Shown here in pieces: positions 28,497 to 40,155 of a stretch of 64,000 nt of DNA (its first letter is position 1; each line of letters begins with the position of its first letter). Under the pieces are notes generated by a model. It made no database searches and was not told where the DNA came from. It saw nothing but the letters and a program-made list of their open reading frames with translations. Source of the stretch: Octopus vulgaris (Eukaryota); NCBI GenBank assembly GCA_951406725.2, contig OX597825.1, positions 17,050,001-17,114,000 of the forward strand, given 5' to 3'. Position numbers and translations under genes: made by a program.

Positions 28497-28710
28497 TAGG
28501 ATATGTGGCTCACGATCGTAAGGTCGTGAGATCGATACTCCTAGGCTCGTTGTGTCCTTGAGGAAGACACTTTATTTCACATTCTTCAAATCAAATCACC
28601 TGAGAAAATTGAGTAGCACCTTTAATACAAAGAGCCAGACTTGTCACATTAAGGGTCATCACGCAGAATCTCCCTACTAACTATGTTAAGGGGTCGTGTT
28701 AGTTTCATAA
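28497..28710 (+). mobile_element. Old tRNA-type SINE of another family
   Basis: ggctcacgatcgtaaggtcgtgagatcgatac (tRNA-like head) followed by gttgtgtccttgaggaagacactttatttcac, a typical SINE post-tRNA segment. Confidence 0.55.
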
Positions 28711-28760
28711 GAAGGCTGTTTTGTTTATCGGATCAACGGGAACCGTCGCCATCTTGACCA

Positions 28761-28794
<34 letters not shown>

Positions 28795-28849
28795 GTATAT
28801 ATATGTATGTATATGTCAATGTAATATGTGACAATTATTCGGTAGTCAT

Positions 28850-28910
28850 GATAAGACTCCGAGTTTCGGATGCCGAGTTGGAAATCCACGCCGCCATTTC
28901 TTCAGTTATC
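28850..28910 (-). ncRNA. Type I hammerhead ribozyme motif (left arm)
   Basis: Minus strand: gataa CTGAAGA aatggcggcgt..actcggcatcc GAAA CTCGGAG TC ttatc. Helix I is gataa/ttatc, the triplet is GUC, and G10.1 is replaced by A. Confidence 0.75.
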
Positions 28911-28948
28911 CGGCCATCGGATTTTCATGCCACTTTTTCCGATGGCCG

Positions 28949-29009
28949 GATAACTGAAGAGATGGCGGCGTGGATTTCTAACTCGGCATCCGAGACTCGG
29001 AGTTTTATC
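28949..29009 (+). ncRNA. Type I hammerhead ribozyme motif (right arm, GAAA mutated to GAGA)
   Basis: gataa CTGAAGA gatggcggcgt..actcggcatcc GAGA CTCGGAG TT ttatc. Confidence 0.68.
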
Positions 29010-29115
29010 ATGACTACCGAATAATTGTCACATATTACAGTTACAGATAAATTCCTCTATTTACATAATATCGATGTCTCTTTCATTATTTTGTTGTCTT
29101 ACCATTTTTATCAAT

Positions 29116-29182
<67 letters not shown>

Positions 29183-29811
29183 ATAATTTCATGTATAACT
29201 ATACAGTGATACAAAATATTCGGAATATAACCCAGGAGCTTAATATATATATAAAATAACCAACTAAATGAGTGAGGTGGTTGTCGCATGAATAGAACTT
29301 GTCCGAAAACATTTAAGCCAAAACAAAGTATAATAGACAGAAAGTTACTTTTAGGAGACTTAGGAAGAGAAAAAATTCTAATAATATATATTGCGGAGTA
29401 TGAAACTATAATATCGGGGTATGACTTATTTTTGCTTATTTGTTATTTTGCTTTCTCTTCCACTTAATACCAATACCATTGCAAGCAAGGCAATTTGTGT
29501 TTTGATATCTAGACTTGTCTGAAATGACACATGACAGTAAGCTAGAAGATGAGACTACTATACGTCGAGAATGGAAGTCAATAGATTAAATATTTCCCAA
29601 GGGTCTATAATAATGGGATGTTTTGCAGATTGGTTTCCGTTTATTCCCGGCCATTTATCAATATTTTACCATAAATCCTTTGATCTTTTAAAGTTGAAGA
29701 ATTAGGAATTATGTTGGTCGTACCGTATTCCAGGGCACGTGTACTATTTACGAAGCATTAAAACGGTAACTATACTGACATAACTACATAACATCGATGT
29801 TATTAGGAGGA

Positions 29812-29888
29812 CATCATTAAGATCATCCAGTAACACTAGTATCGTTACAGGCTGCATCTGTGTACCATGGATAGAAACCGGTCGGAGG
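29812..29888 (+). ncRNA. Decayed hammerhead-like motif
   Basis: atcca gtaac..gttac..tggat a GAAA CCGG TC ggagg. Helix II-like pairing and the palindromic helix III are present; CUGANGA is not recognisable (cattaaga). Confidence 0.35.
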
Positions 29889-30040
29889 AAAGCCATTTAA
29901 CATTATTCATATTTTATTAAGTCATAAAACTTCAGATTTGAAAATAGGAAATCATATTAATCCTGCAAAATTCGCAATTGAAATTCCGGTGAAATGCTGA
30001 AATCTAATGCATGCATGATATTATATAAGCATGTTTATTG

Positions 30041-30447
30041 TTTTACTCTTTTACTTGTTTCAGTCATTTGCTTGTGGCCACGCTGGAGCACCGCCTTTAG
30101 TCCAGGAAATCACCCCCAGGACTTATACTTTGTATGCCTAGTACTTAATCAATCGGTCTCTTTTGCCGAGCCACTAAGTTACGGGGACGTAAACACACCA
30201 GTATCGGTTGTCAAGCGATGTTGGGGGGACAAACACAGACACACAAACATTTACACACAAATACATATATAGATATACACATATACGATGGGCTTCTATC
30301 AGTTTCCAACTACCAAATCCACTCACAAGGCTTTGGTCGGCTCGAGTCCATAGTAGAAGACACTTGCCCAAGGTGCTATGCAATGGGACTGAACCCGGAA
30401 CCATCAAGTTTGTAAGGAAGCTACTTACCACAAGCACTCCTACGGCT
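30041..30447 (-). mobile_element. SINE family A, near full length
   Basis: Reverse complement of the 31447-31858 copy along its length. Confidence 0.92.
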
Positions 30448-31446
30448 GTTTTATTAACTTCATTTAATATACGTGTACCGGAAGTGTCTCTGGGAAAATA
30501 CTGTCTTTCTCTAAAATATATCTACGAATAAATTCAGAGTCAAATGTTTGTGTCAGTGAATCAACAATCTGTCTTGGGACTCTGAATCTAATTCAAGAAT
30601 TAAACCAGGTTAGACTGTGATAACCGTTTACAAATTCGCGTTCTCAATTGTAAAAATATGAGCTCCTCTTGCTCATAGCCACAGCAGTCCCTAGTACAGA
30701 AAACTAGGAATCATTAAGTTTCGCTGATACTTGAACAATCAATTAACCTACATAACTATATTTAATTTACTAGTTAATGAGATATATTTCCGAACTACAT
30801 TTCTGTTTGCTTGTCGCCTCGATACTCCATTTGATATTGAAAACCGTGGTTCACATTGAACATGAATTGCACCATTACTAATCTTTGAAACCTTACAAAT
30901 ATTATAAAAGCTTATTTGATTAATTAATATTAAAGAAATAATATAGTAATGACCGCATATTGCTTTTAGAGGCATTTGGTATCCAATCAAATGAAAATGA
31001 AATATGAAAATGAGAATAATATTGCTTTTTCAAAGAGCTTTGGACATAAAGCTGTGTCGCAAAAACACTTTAGATTTCTGTTAATATCTCGTTAAAATCA
31101 AGACTATAAAACAGATGTAGTGTAAACATGTGAGCGTTAGATACAGAAGAATTTATAGATTTCCCACACTATGATTGTAAAATATTCACTCGTATGTTGC
31201 ACATAGAGTGTGCTATTTCTATAAATAATGGAATGACATTCTGATATGTTAGTTATTTACATCTCTAAATAAATGAAAATTTTAATCTCACATCAGTTCA
31301 ATATGTAATGAAGTATGAGAGTACACATCGTACTTGTGATATATTTTGAGATCATCTCAATGAAAGCATTTTATTGGAGTAAGAGGACAAACAGTAAAAG
31401 CTGCATTTCACAAATTTAAAATAATTTTAAAGCATATATATATATG

Positions 31447-31858
31447 AGGCGCAGGAGTGGCTGTGTGGTAAGTAGCTTGTTTACCAACAACATGGTTCCG
31501 GGTTCAGTCCCACTGAGTGGCACCTTGGGCAAGTGTCTTCTACTATAGCCTCGGGTCGACCAAAGCCTTGTCAGTGGATTTGGTAGACGGAAACTGAAAG
31601 AAGCACGTCGTATATATGTATATATATGTACGCGTGTCTGTTTGTGTGTCTGTGTTTGTCCCCCTAGCATTGCTTGACAGCTGATGCTGGTGTGTTTATG
31701 TCCCCGTTACTTAGCGGTTCGGCAAAAGAGACCGATAGAATAAGTACTGGGCTTACAAAAGAATAAGTCCCGGGGTCGAGTTGCTCGATAAAAGGCGGTG
31801 CTCCAGCATGGCCGCAGTCAAATTACTGAAACAAGTGAAAGAGTAAAAGAGAAAGAGT
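31447..31858 (+). mobile_element. SINE family A, full-length young copy (tRNA-type head, internal TA/TG microsatellite, (GAGTAAAA)-type tail)
   Basis: A-box-like tggctgtgtggt and B-box-like ggttcagtccc, then ccttgggcaagtgtc; tail gaaacaagtgaaagagtaaaagag. Confidence 0.95.
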
Positions 31859-32741
31859 ATGATTTCATGATATCATAGACGTTGGTCTGCGATAACAAAT
31901 TTAATGTAAGACAGGAAGTAATGATACAAAATTGAAGACTGTGACCATTATTGTTCCATACACGATGAAGATGATAGACAACGCAGCTGAGAAGTAAAAC
32001 AGGAAATAATTGGAATGATAACTAAATAGATTTACTCTGTGTGTAACTAAACATATACGTAAAAGGCAGTTTCAAGTATTTACCGAAAAGACTGATCACT
32101 TATATTATTTTAAAGAGCTAACGCAATCTTATTCATGAAGAGTCCCCCAGTCCATTGCTGTTGTTGCTACTAATACTAACACAGCGGACACTAGCACAAC
32201 AATCACAGTCGCTATCAAATTATTTCAAGCTTATCCTTATAATTCATAATGCTTTCCTAACTTCACTTGCATCCTAAATCAGTTCCATGCATTTTGCTAT
32301 ATAACTAATAAGTATACATCAGTATTAGATTGCATTTAAATCATGTTATTAAGTTTCCATCTTGGATAAAAAGTCTTTCATTTGAGATGCGCATTGCTCT
32401 CCATCTTCCTTTAGGCAACTATTAAATAACAATCGATGTTGCAAACTTAATCTAGAGTATGTGTCTAATATATCTTGCATCTATCAGCTGCAATTATCTC
32501 AATTCGGCTAAATATATCCGTAATACATATACAATACATACATAATACACACGCATACTCACTCAACATGTATGTATGTATGTATGTATGTATATATAAA
32601 TAAAGAGAGGAAAGAGATTTCTATATATGTATATATATATATATATATATGCATGCACATATACACAAATGTATGTGTATATATATATACATATATATAT
32701 ATACATAAACATATATTTATATGTTTATGAATATGTATCTA

Positions 32742-32777
<36 letters not shown>

Positions 32778-32803
32778 CAGAGTATGTGTATACATACATA
32801 CAT

Positions 32804-32835
<32 letters not shown>

Positions 32836-32888
32836 GTATGGATCGGATGTAACATGTACGTACATGTATGTAAACAAATGAACGCATG

Positions 32889-32925
<37 letters not shown>

Positions 32926-33562
32926 TTGTGTGTGTACGTATATATATATATGTACATAAATATATACATACATAAACACACATACACACAGACACGCACA
33001 CTTACACGAAGACAGACATATATGCATAAATTAAGAGTGACAGCGCATTTGTCGTATTACGCATGATGAAGTATATATATATTCAAATTATTTCCAGGTA
33101 AAGGTAGGATTACAATATGTTCATTTTTTTTTCTCCCTTTGCACGTATTATGTTTTCGAGCGGCAACAATTGATGAAAATCTAATTAATAGCTATGCACA
33201 TGTAGATTATGAACTGCCGAGAAACTAATTACTTACCTTGGATAGAAGGGAAGATTCAGTGAAATAACAGTTTAAGCAGTTTTTTTTTGTTTTTTTTTTA
33301 TTTAAAACTATTTACGATATCAAATGATGATACGAAACAATTAGTAAAAAGCAAATTTCACTGAAATTCGCAAACCTTGCAGATATTCTATTGATTACTA
33401 TGTGTATATCCACTTGAGATGATTGCAACATAACAGGGATAGTTAATCCTATGCTTTTAGTCAGAATTAAGTATGACGGCCCACTTTATATAGTAACGGC
33501 AGATTTTGTCTTAGCATGTGGTTGATACTATGTACATACAAGCAAAAAAGTTCAACGTGGCT

Positions 33563-33617
<55 letters not shown>

Positions 33618-33721
33618 AGCATGCTCTCTGATTTTGCTGAACAATTTTAAACTATTATTGATATAGGGTAATATATTTAACAACACTGAATTCTGAGGAA
33701 TAACTCCGCTGGACGAATACC

Positions 33722-33954
33722 TATTTCTTTACTACCCACAAGGAGCTAAACATAGAGGGGACAAGCAAGGACAGACAAATGGATTAAGTCGATTACATCG
33801 ATCCCAGTGCGTAACTGGTACTTAATTTATCGACTTCGAAAGGATGAAAGGCAAAGTCGACTTCGGCGGAATTTGAACTCACAACGTAACGACAGACGAA
33901 ATACGGCTACGCATTTCACCCGGCGTGCTAACGTTTCTGCCAGCTCGCCGCCTT
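33722..33954 (-). mobile_element. SINE family B, full length, with 16-bp flanking direct repeat
   Basis: Reverse complement of 10913-11143; ccgctggacgaatacc at 33706-33721 and 33964-33979. Confidence 0.93.
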
Positions 33955-34014
33955 TAACGAATGCCGCTGGACGAATACCGCAGATGATTTGCCATCCGCG
34001 GTGTATCATTTGAT

Positions 34015-34130
34015 ATATCGACCCCAGTATTTATTTTGCCAGTTTCTTTTTCTGACACGATTACGGTGATGTAACTATACCAAAAGCAGTTGTCAACCGG
34101 TGATGGGAGACAAGCAAACACAAAGACATA
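34015..34130 (-). mobile_element. SINE family A, old fragment
   Basis: atcgaccccagtatttattttgcc..gcagttgtcaaccggtgatgggagacaagcaaacaca. Confidence 0.6.
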
Positions 34131-34183
34131 ATATATATTGAATGAGTTTGTTTCATTATATATATATATATATAATATATATG

Positions 34184-34895
34184 TGTAACTGGGCTACACA
34201 TATAAGCAGCAAAGTTGACATGGCCCGCAGAATGTGTTCCTGGATTCTCAGAACCTTCCAGTCGAGAGATTCCCACACTATTATCCTTCTCTTCTTCACT
34301 TTTGCCCGACCCCACCTTGAATACTGCTGTCCACTGTAGTCTCCCTACACAAAACAAAATATTATGAGAATTGAAGCTCCCCAAAGGTCAATCATAAAAA
34401 AGATAGATGGCATGTCAGGCCTTGACTACTGGGGTAGACTAGAGAAGATGAAACTATTCACTCCAACGACGCCGTGAACGCTACATTATCTGTATGATGT
34501 GGAAAATATTCCATCAGCACTGCCGAATGATGTTGGCATCACCTTCAAAATACATCCAAGGCTTGGACCACGTGCCATCCGTCCACAACAAAAATCTAAA
34601 TCGCATCACATAACGACAATACGGCACAACCATTTCACCTCAATTGGACCCGCTTTCTTCAACATTACACCAGGACACGTCAAAAAAGAAACTGACCACA
34701 CAAAATTCAAGAAGTCTTTGGACCAATTCCTTCAAACAGTCCCGAACAAACCACCCACAACCGGATATGTCTCCGCAAACAATAACTCTCTGCTCGAATC
34801 CTGAATTGAAGGACTTCGCCAGGTGGTGCTATTAAGTTAGACATGGCCTGGGCCAATACTGGCCAAAACCTTTCTAAGTCATTCTAAGTTAAGTT
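34184..34895 (+). mobile_element. CR1-group LINE 3' fragment (ORF2 C-terminus, 3'UTR, tail), flanked by (TA)n
   Basis: WATHISSKVDMARRMCSWILRTFQSRD..FARPHLEYCCPL*SPY..IEAPQR..LDYWGRLEKMKL.SLQRRRERY..FKKSLDQFLQTVPNKP..NNSLLES*; short tandem ctaagt tail. Confidence 0.92.
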
Positions 34896-34926
34896 ATATA
34901 TATATATATATATATGTATATAAATT

Positions 34927-34965
<39 letters not shown>

Positions 34966-35223
34966 CTATATGTATATATATACAATACTGGTTTATTGAG
35001 ACGGAGGGTTGTAGATTTTCACGGTAGGCGACCAGGGATTCGGGATATAGGAATAAGTATTAAGGAAAGGAATAGAGATGATCCGGGTTACATATGTTTC
35101 ATATGGAGCGAACCCTTGGAAATGGTAAATATCCAAGCGAGGTGTATACCGAAGGGTATTCATATATATATATATATATATGTAGGTATGTATGTATGTA
35201 CGTATATATGTAAGTATGTACGC

Positions 35224-35282
<59 letters not shown>

Positions 35283-35313
35283 AGAAATAAGGCTAAGCAC
35301 CAGCTTATGATAT

Positions 35314-35374
35314 AGTTCCTACGCGCGTTTGAAAGTTATTGCGGCTATGAACCCGCAATGAATATTTCAAGGGC
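35314..35374 (-). ncRNA. Decayed hammerhead-like motif in a ~120-bp island between (TA)n tracts
   Basis: Minus strand: attgcgg gttcatag ccgcaat .. CAAA CGCGCG TA ggaac. A 7-bp helix II and the palindromic helix III remain; the core is mutated. Confidence 0.4.
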
Positions 35375-35397
35375 ATTTATATACATAAACCTGTTTT

Positions 35398-35433
<36 letters not shown>

Positions 35434-35564
35434 CTTAAATAGATAGGTGCACTTGTGATATACACAAATAACTATGAAAGTATGTCTCTGTTTCTGACAC
35501 TGTTTTCTTTATGTGTGTATGTTTGCATATTTATGACACAAATTTAGTACTCTATATATCTGAA

Positions 35565-35657
<93 letters not shown>

Positions 35658-36019
35658 ATCTACACGCACGCTCACACACACACATATATATATACATATA
35701 CAGAAAAATTGAGAGTGGGAGAGATACCTATTGGTGAGAAAGGGAGGGAGTTCCTTTGCTTTGAAATCTGTACTTATTAAATTTATATATATATATATAT
35801 ATACAATATATAACACAATAATATATTGAATATATAATACTATATACTATATAGTGTATATTTCTTTCATGTATTCTACTGTCAAAGATGAACCTTCTAT
35901 ACAACAATAATGTTATATAATATATAGCGGAAAAAAGGAACAAGAGTTGAGAAAGAGGGGGTCAGAGGGCAAAAACTTTAGACAGATGGTTTGATAGATA
36001 TGTGGTTAAGAAGATAAAT

Positions 36020-36620
36020 AGATATTTGGTGAGGTTGTCTGGGGAAATGATAGATAGAATGGTGTATGTTTACTTTGCTAGATTTTTATGCTAAGATACT
36101 GTAGACTTATCTTAGGTCACCTTTAAAATTATATCTAGAAATGATCTCAAATACCTTTTAATAGTTAAACTAAAAATGAACTTGTATGATAATTTATGTA
36201 TTTTGAAATTGGAATGTTAACAACGCAATTTATTATACCGTTTCAGAATCTGACGTTTATGGTGTCCGATAAAATATTTGTAGATAAACCAGCACATCAA
36301 AGATTTGTACAAGTATATTCTTTGGTTTTGTTCTTGTTGCTATATTGCCACTTGAAGAATAATGGGAGCGAAAGAAGGAAGTGCTACCCTTCAGTAAATT
36401 TACTGAAAATGGAAGAGAAGTTTGCTGGTTTGGTGTGGTCGAAGGGGGTTTACTTTGAACACGTATTGATAAAGCAAATGAAGACACGTGAGTGTATAGT
36501 GGCCTTGTTCATTCAAATCAGAGAAACAAGTGGAATTATATTTGTTTCAAAGGGACAGCCCTGTTTTGGAAATTACGCATTGCATATTCCCCTATTTTAT
36601 CACAGCTTAGCCTTGTGATT
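36020..36620 (-). mobile_element. Possible decayed Penelope-like RT fragment
   Basis: Minus strand GCPFETNIIPLV (cf. G..MGT..AP), FDVLVY (cf. FLDV.VY) and YRTP*T (cf. YRKPT), in the correct order. Confidence 0.35.
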
Positions 36621-36849
36621 CCATTGCGTGAAAAGAAATTACATCTCCCAGTGTGGCTAATAAAGAACTGAATACAATTTTCCGGTTTGCAAGAGGATAA
36701 TAATAGTTACTATTTTAAAAATTATAATAACAGAATCAATGACACAGTGATAGCAGGCCAAAAATAGCATTAAATAGCCGAGGGATTAAAATTAATCAAA
36801 GGACATAGGGACCATGGGATTGCAGTTAGTAAATTACCCACCGAGGCAC

Positions 36850-37062
36850 AAGTCCGGGAAGCGTTGCTTATGGAAGACTAGTATGTTTTCCACGTATAAC
36901 ATCTCTCTAGACTCCGCCGATGTTATCAAGGGGGAAGGCATAGGCCGATACAGCTTGGCACCAGTGATGTTGCAACACATTTCTACAGCTGAGTGAACTG
37001 GACCAACGTAAGATAAACAGAGAACATAGCCCGGTCCGGAAATCGAAATGACGACCTCATGA
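36850..37062 (-). mobile_element. tRNA-type SINE of a third family
   Basis: Minus strand atcatgaggtcgtcatttcgatttccggaccggg..ccagttcactcagctgtagaaatg..cactggtgccaagctgtatcggcc. Confidence 0.6.
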
Positions 37063-37069
37063 TATGTCC

Positions 37070-37670
37070 GACTGTCTGTCTCTATGGGGCAGTTTGTCTT
37101 CCGCTACCTATTTCTTTATTGCCCACAAAGGGCTAAACACAGAGGGGACAAACAAGGACAGACAAACGAACTAAGTCGATTATATCGACCCCAGTGCGTA
37201 ACTGGTCCTTAATTTATCGACCCCGAAAGGATGAAAGGTAAAGTCGACCTCGGCGGAATTTGAACTCAGAACGTATCGGCAGACGAAATACGGCTACGCA
37301 TTTCGCCCGGCGTACTAACGTTCTGCCAGCTCGCCGCCTTGTCTTCCGCTGCCGCTCGACAACTGTCTCTGTCAATTAGCGATTCGACTAGAGAAAATTA
37401 TAGAATAAGTAGGAGGCTGAATGAATTTAATAAAAGAGCCTGAGGAACCTGCACAAGGTAGATGAAGGTATTTTAAAAATCAAAGTTGGACCTATTCCTG
37501 TCGAGAGTCCCAGATGAACCTACATCACTGCAAGAGGTGCAAATTAACGGTAGCTACATCAAACTCCATTCTGAACCAAGTGCCACATTTTAGAGGAGGC
37601 TCTCAGTAATAACAGTGTATCAAAACGGCGTTGCATCAGTATGGCCGCAGCAATGAGCTGAAACTAGAGA
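37070..37670 (+). mobile_element. Old SINE family A 3' half, interrupted twice (by a SINE B and by ~200 bp of other sequence)
   Basis: gtttgtcttcc | cgctcgacaac..ttagcgattcgac..tagaataagta..ggct | ggcgttgcatcagtatggccgcagc..ctgaaac. Confidence 0.55.
37109..37340 (-). mobile_element. SINE family B, full length, with 15-bp TSD
   Basis: ttgtcttccgct(a/g)cc at 37094-37108 and 37339-37353. Confidence 0.94.
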
Positions 37671-38480
37671 GAATTTTAAAAAAGCATCTAAATATGAAAC
37701 ATCATGAAAATTGTTGAAACTGAAGTCTTTCGTGAGCGACATATTTCTCCATTCGCGTCAATATAGAATTACAGATAGTATTTATGGAATTTTGATTTAC
37801 TGTCGGGTGAATCTTGCCCAACCCTTTACACATATACATACATACATACATACCTACATACATACAAACATACATACATACATATATATATATATTTATA
37901 TATGCACATACATACACACGCACACAAACACATGCACGCACACATACATCACATATATATTTACTTACACGTATACACACAGCAAGCTCAAATTCATAAT
38001 GCCTGTATATATAATGTGTTTTCCCTGTGCTGTAGATTAAAGCGAATTTTTTATAATGACGTCAGCTAATATATTGCATTCACTGTGATATCATTTATTA
38101 TAAAACAGTATATCCATATACCCAAGAATGAATCATATTATTTAACGTAGCAAAGATATTATAATTGCCTTCAACACGGCGATCATCGCTGGAAAGTGGT
38201 GACCATTTCATTTCCTCATATCTTTGAAGTAAAAGTACATACCATATCGTTTCTGATGATGTTTTTCACTGAGTGCCTGCAGAATTAGGAACGTCATTTT
38301 TATGACATAGTTTCTGGCTGAGTTAGCGACACATTCGGAAATGATTGCAAAAGTATTTGCCTTCGATTTTATCTCGAGAAAGATCGATGATATTATACGT
38401 CCGACTAATATATACTTCGGCTACTTTCATCTCAGACGGTAAAATTCTGCCAGAGAATATGTATCAAATTAAGTATAAGT

Positions 38481-38482
38481 AC

Positions 38483-38581
<99 letters not shown>

Positions 38582-38585
38582 TATT

Positions 38586-38622
<37 letters not shown>

Positions 38623-38654
38623 GTATATATATAAATATATGTATATGCATATAT

Positions 38655-38753
<99 letters not shown>

Positions 38754-38790
38754 TATATAAACACGCACACTCACATACACACACACTCAT
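38481..38790. repeat. (CA)n(TA)n microsatellite
   Basis: Direct reading. Confidence 0.97.
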
Positions 38791-38974
38791 ATATAATGGG
38801 TATTTTCCGCATAATAAGCACATTATTCGGAATAGTATTGTTCGGTAAACGAGAACATATTGTGGCTCCAGCTATTAATATTTTTGAAACCTATTAACCG
38901 TTCTCCATACTGTAGAATTATATTTCACTTTTGTATAAGGTATACTTACATTTAAGAATTTATTCATACATATG

Positions 38975-39040
<66 letters not shown>

Positions 39041-39534
39041 CATATTTGCATACATATATATATATGTGTGTGTGTGTCTGTGAATGTGTTATATCTAAAT
39101 ATATTTAACCTACATATGTTTTATGTAGGTCATGAAGTAATTTAGGGGAAAAATAATTCAGATCGCAAAATAAATTATATATAATTTATAAAAATAACGC
39201 GTGGATGTAAGATAACATCATTATTGATTCCAGGCGAAAATCAATACATTGGAATTTAAAAAAAAAATCGCTTAGTCAGAAAAATGTATATGAGATCTCT
39301 TGCATCTGATAGAAGTGTTTTTCTGTTTTTTTTTTTCTAACGGTATTTAAGTAAATTTGTGTCTTTGAATACATGAGAATCAAACACGAACGTCTTGTAT
39401 TTCAATTCCATCCTACGTTGACTTGTTCCTCACGCTAAATTCTTATTATCTTTATCCATTAAATATGATCCACACGTTATTTTACCCTACACTATATATT
39501 CTATTAGCGTACACATACTGGAATATTATGTATG

Positions 39535-39613
<79 letters not shown>

Positions 39614-39615
<2 letters not shown>

Positions 39616-39866
39616 AAACTTAGGTAAAACTTAGATATGTTTCGACCAAAGATTGCCCCAGGCCATGTCTAACTTAATAGCACTACCTGATAGGATTATC
39701 TAATTCCTGTTTAAGTCAAGTTTTGTTTATGGTCTATTCAAGTAGTGAGTTTTTGTTGGGTGCGTTGTATCCAATTATGGGTGGCTTATCTGGTATTCCT
39801 TGAATGAATCTATCTAGACTCCGTTTAAAGTTGATGGGATCCTTTTCCTCTTTGATCTCTTTCGGG

Positions 39867-39870
<4 letters not shown>
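39614..39870 (-). mobile_element. CR1-group LINE extreme 3' fragment, related to 34184-34895, flanked by (TA)n
   Basis: Minus strand IVPKEIKEEKDPINFKRSLDRFIQGIPDKPPIIGYNAPNKNSLLE*; shares the 3'UTR caggt.gtgctattaagttagacatggcctggg and a ctaagtttta tail. Confidence 0.9.
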
Positions 39871-39901
<31 letters not shown>

Positions 39902-39905
<4 letters not shown>

Positions 39906-39994
39906 TATTATAATTATGAGTATAATTATAATTAGGGTTAGGCAAAAAATTTGCTTCACCACTCACGGAACTTTACTCATAATTATAATAAATA
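39902..39994. repeat. Perfect 21-bp inverted repeat with a 51-bp spacer
   Basis: tatttattataattatgagta (39902-39922) and tactcataattataataaata (39974-39994). Confidence 0.85.
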
Positions 39995-40095
39995 CTGTTT
40001 AAGTTTACCGATAATGTTCTTTTTAACATACCGAATACTACTTGGTGAAATTATTAATTATTAATTAATCAATTAATTTTACCCTTTATTATTAT

Positions 40096-40155
<60 letters not shown>

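Larger units (their letters stand above)
28820..29039. repeat. Near-perfect inverted repeat: 102-bp arms, 16-nt spacer, 4 mismatches; each arm carries a hammerhead motif
   Basis: 28820-28921 is the reverse complement of 28938-29039. Confidence 0.97.

Noticed and set aside
31447-31520. tRNA-like sequence with A/B boxes
   Set aside because: It is the SINE head, with no complete cloverleaf or terminator, so it is not called a tRNA gene.
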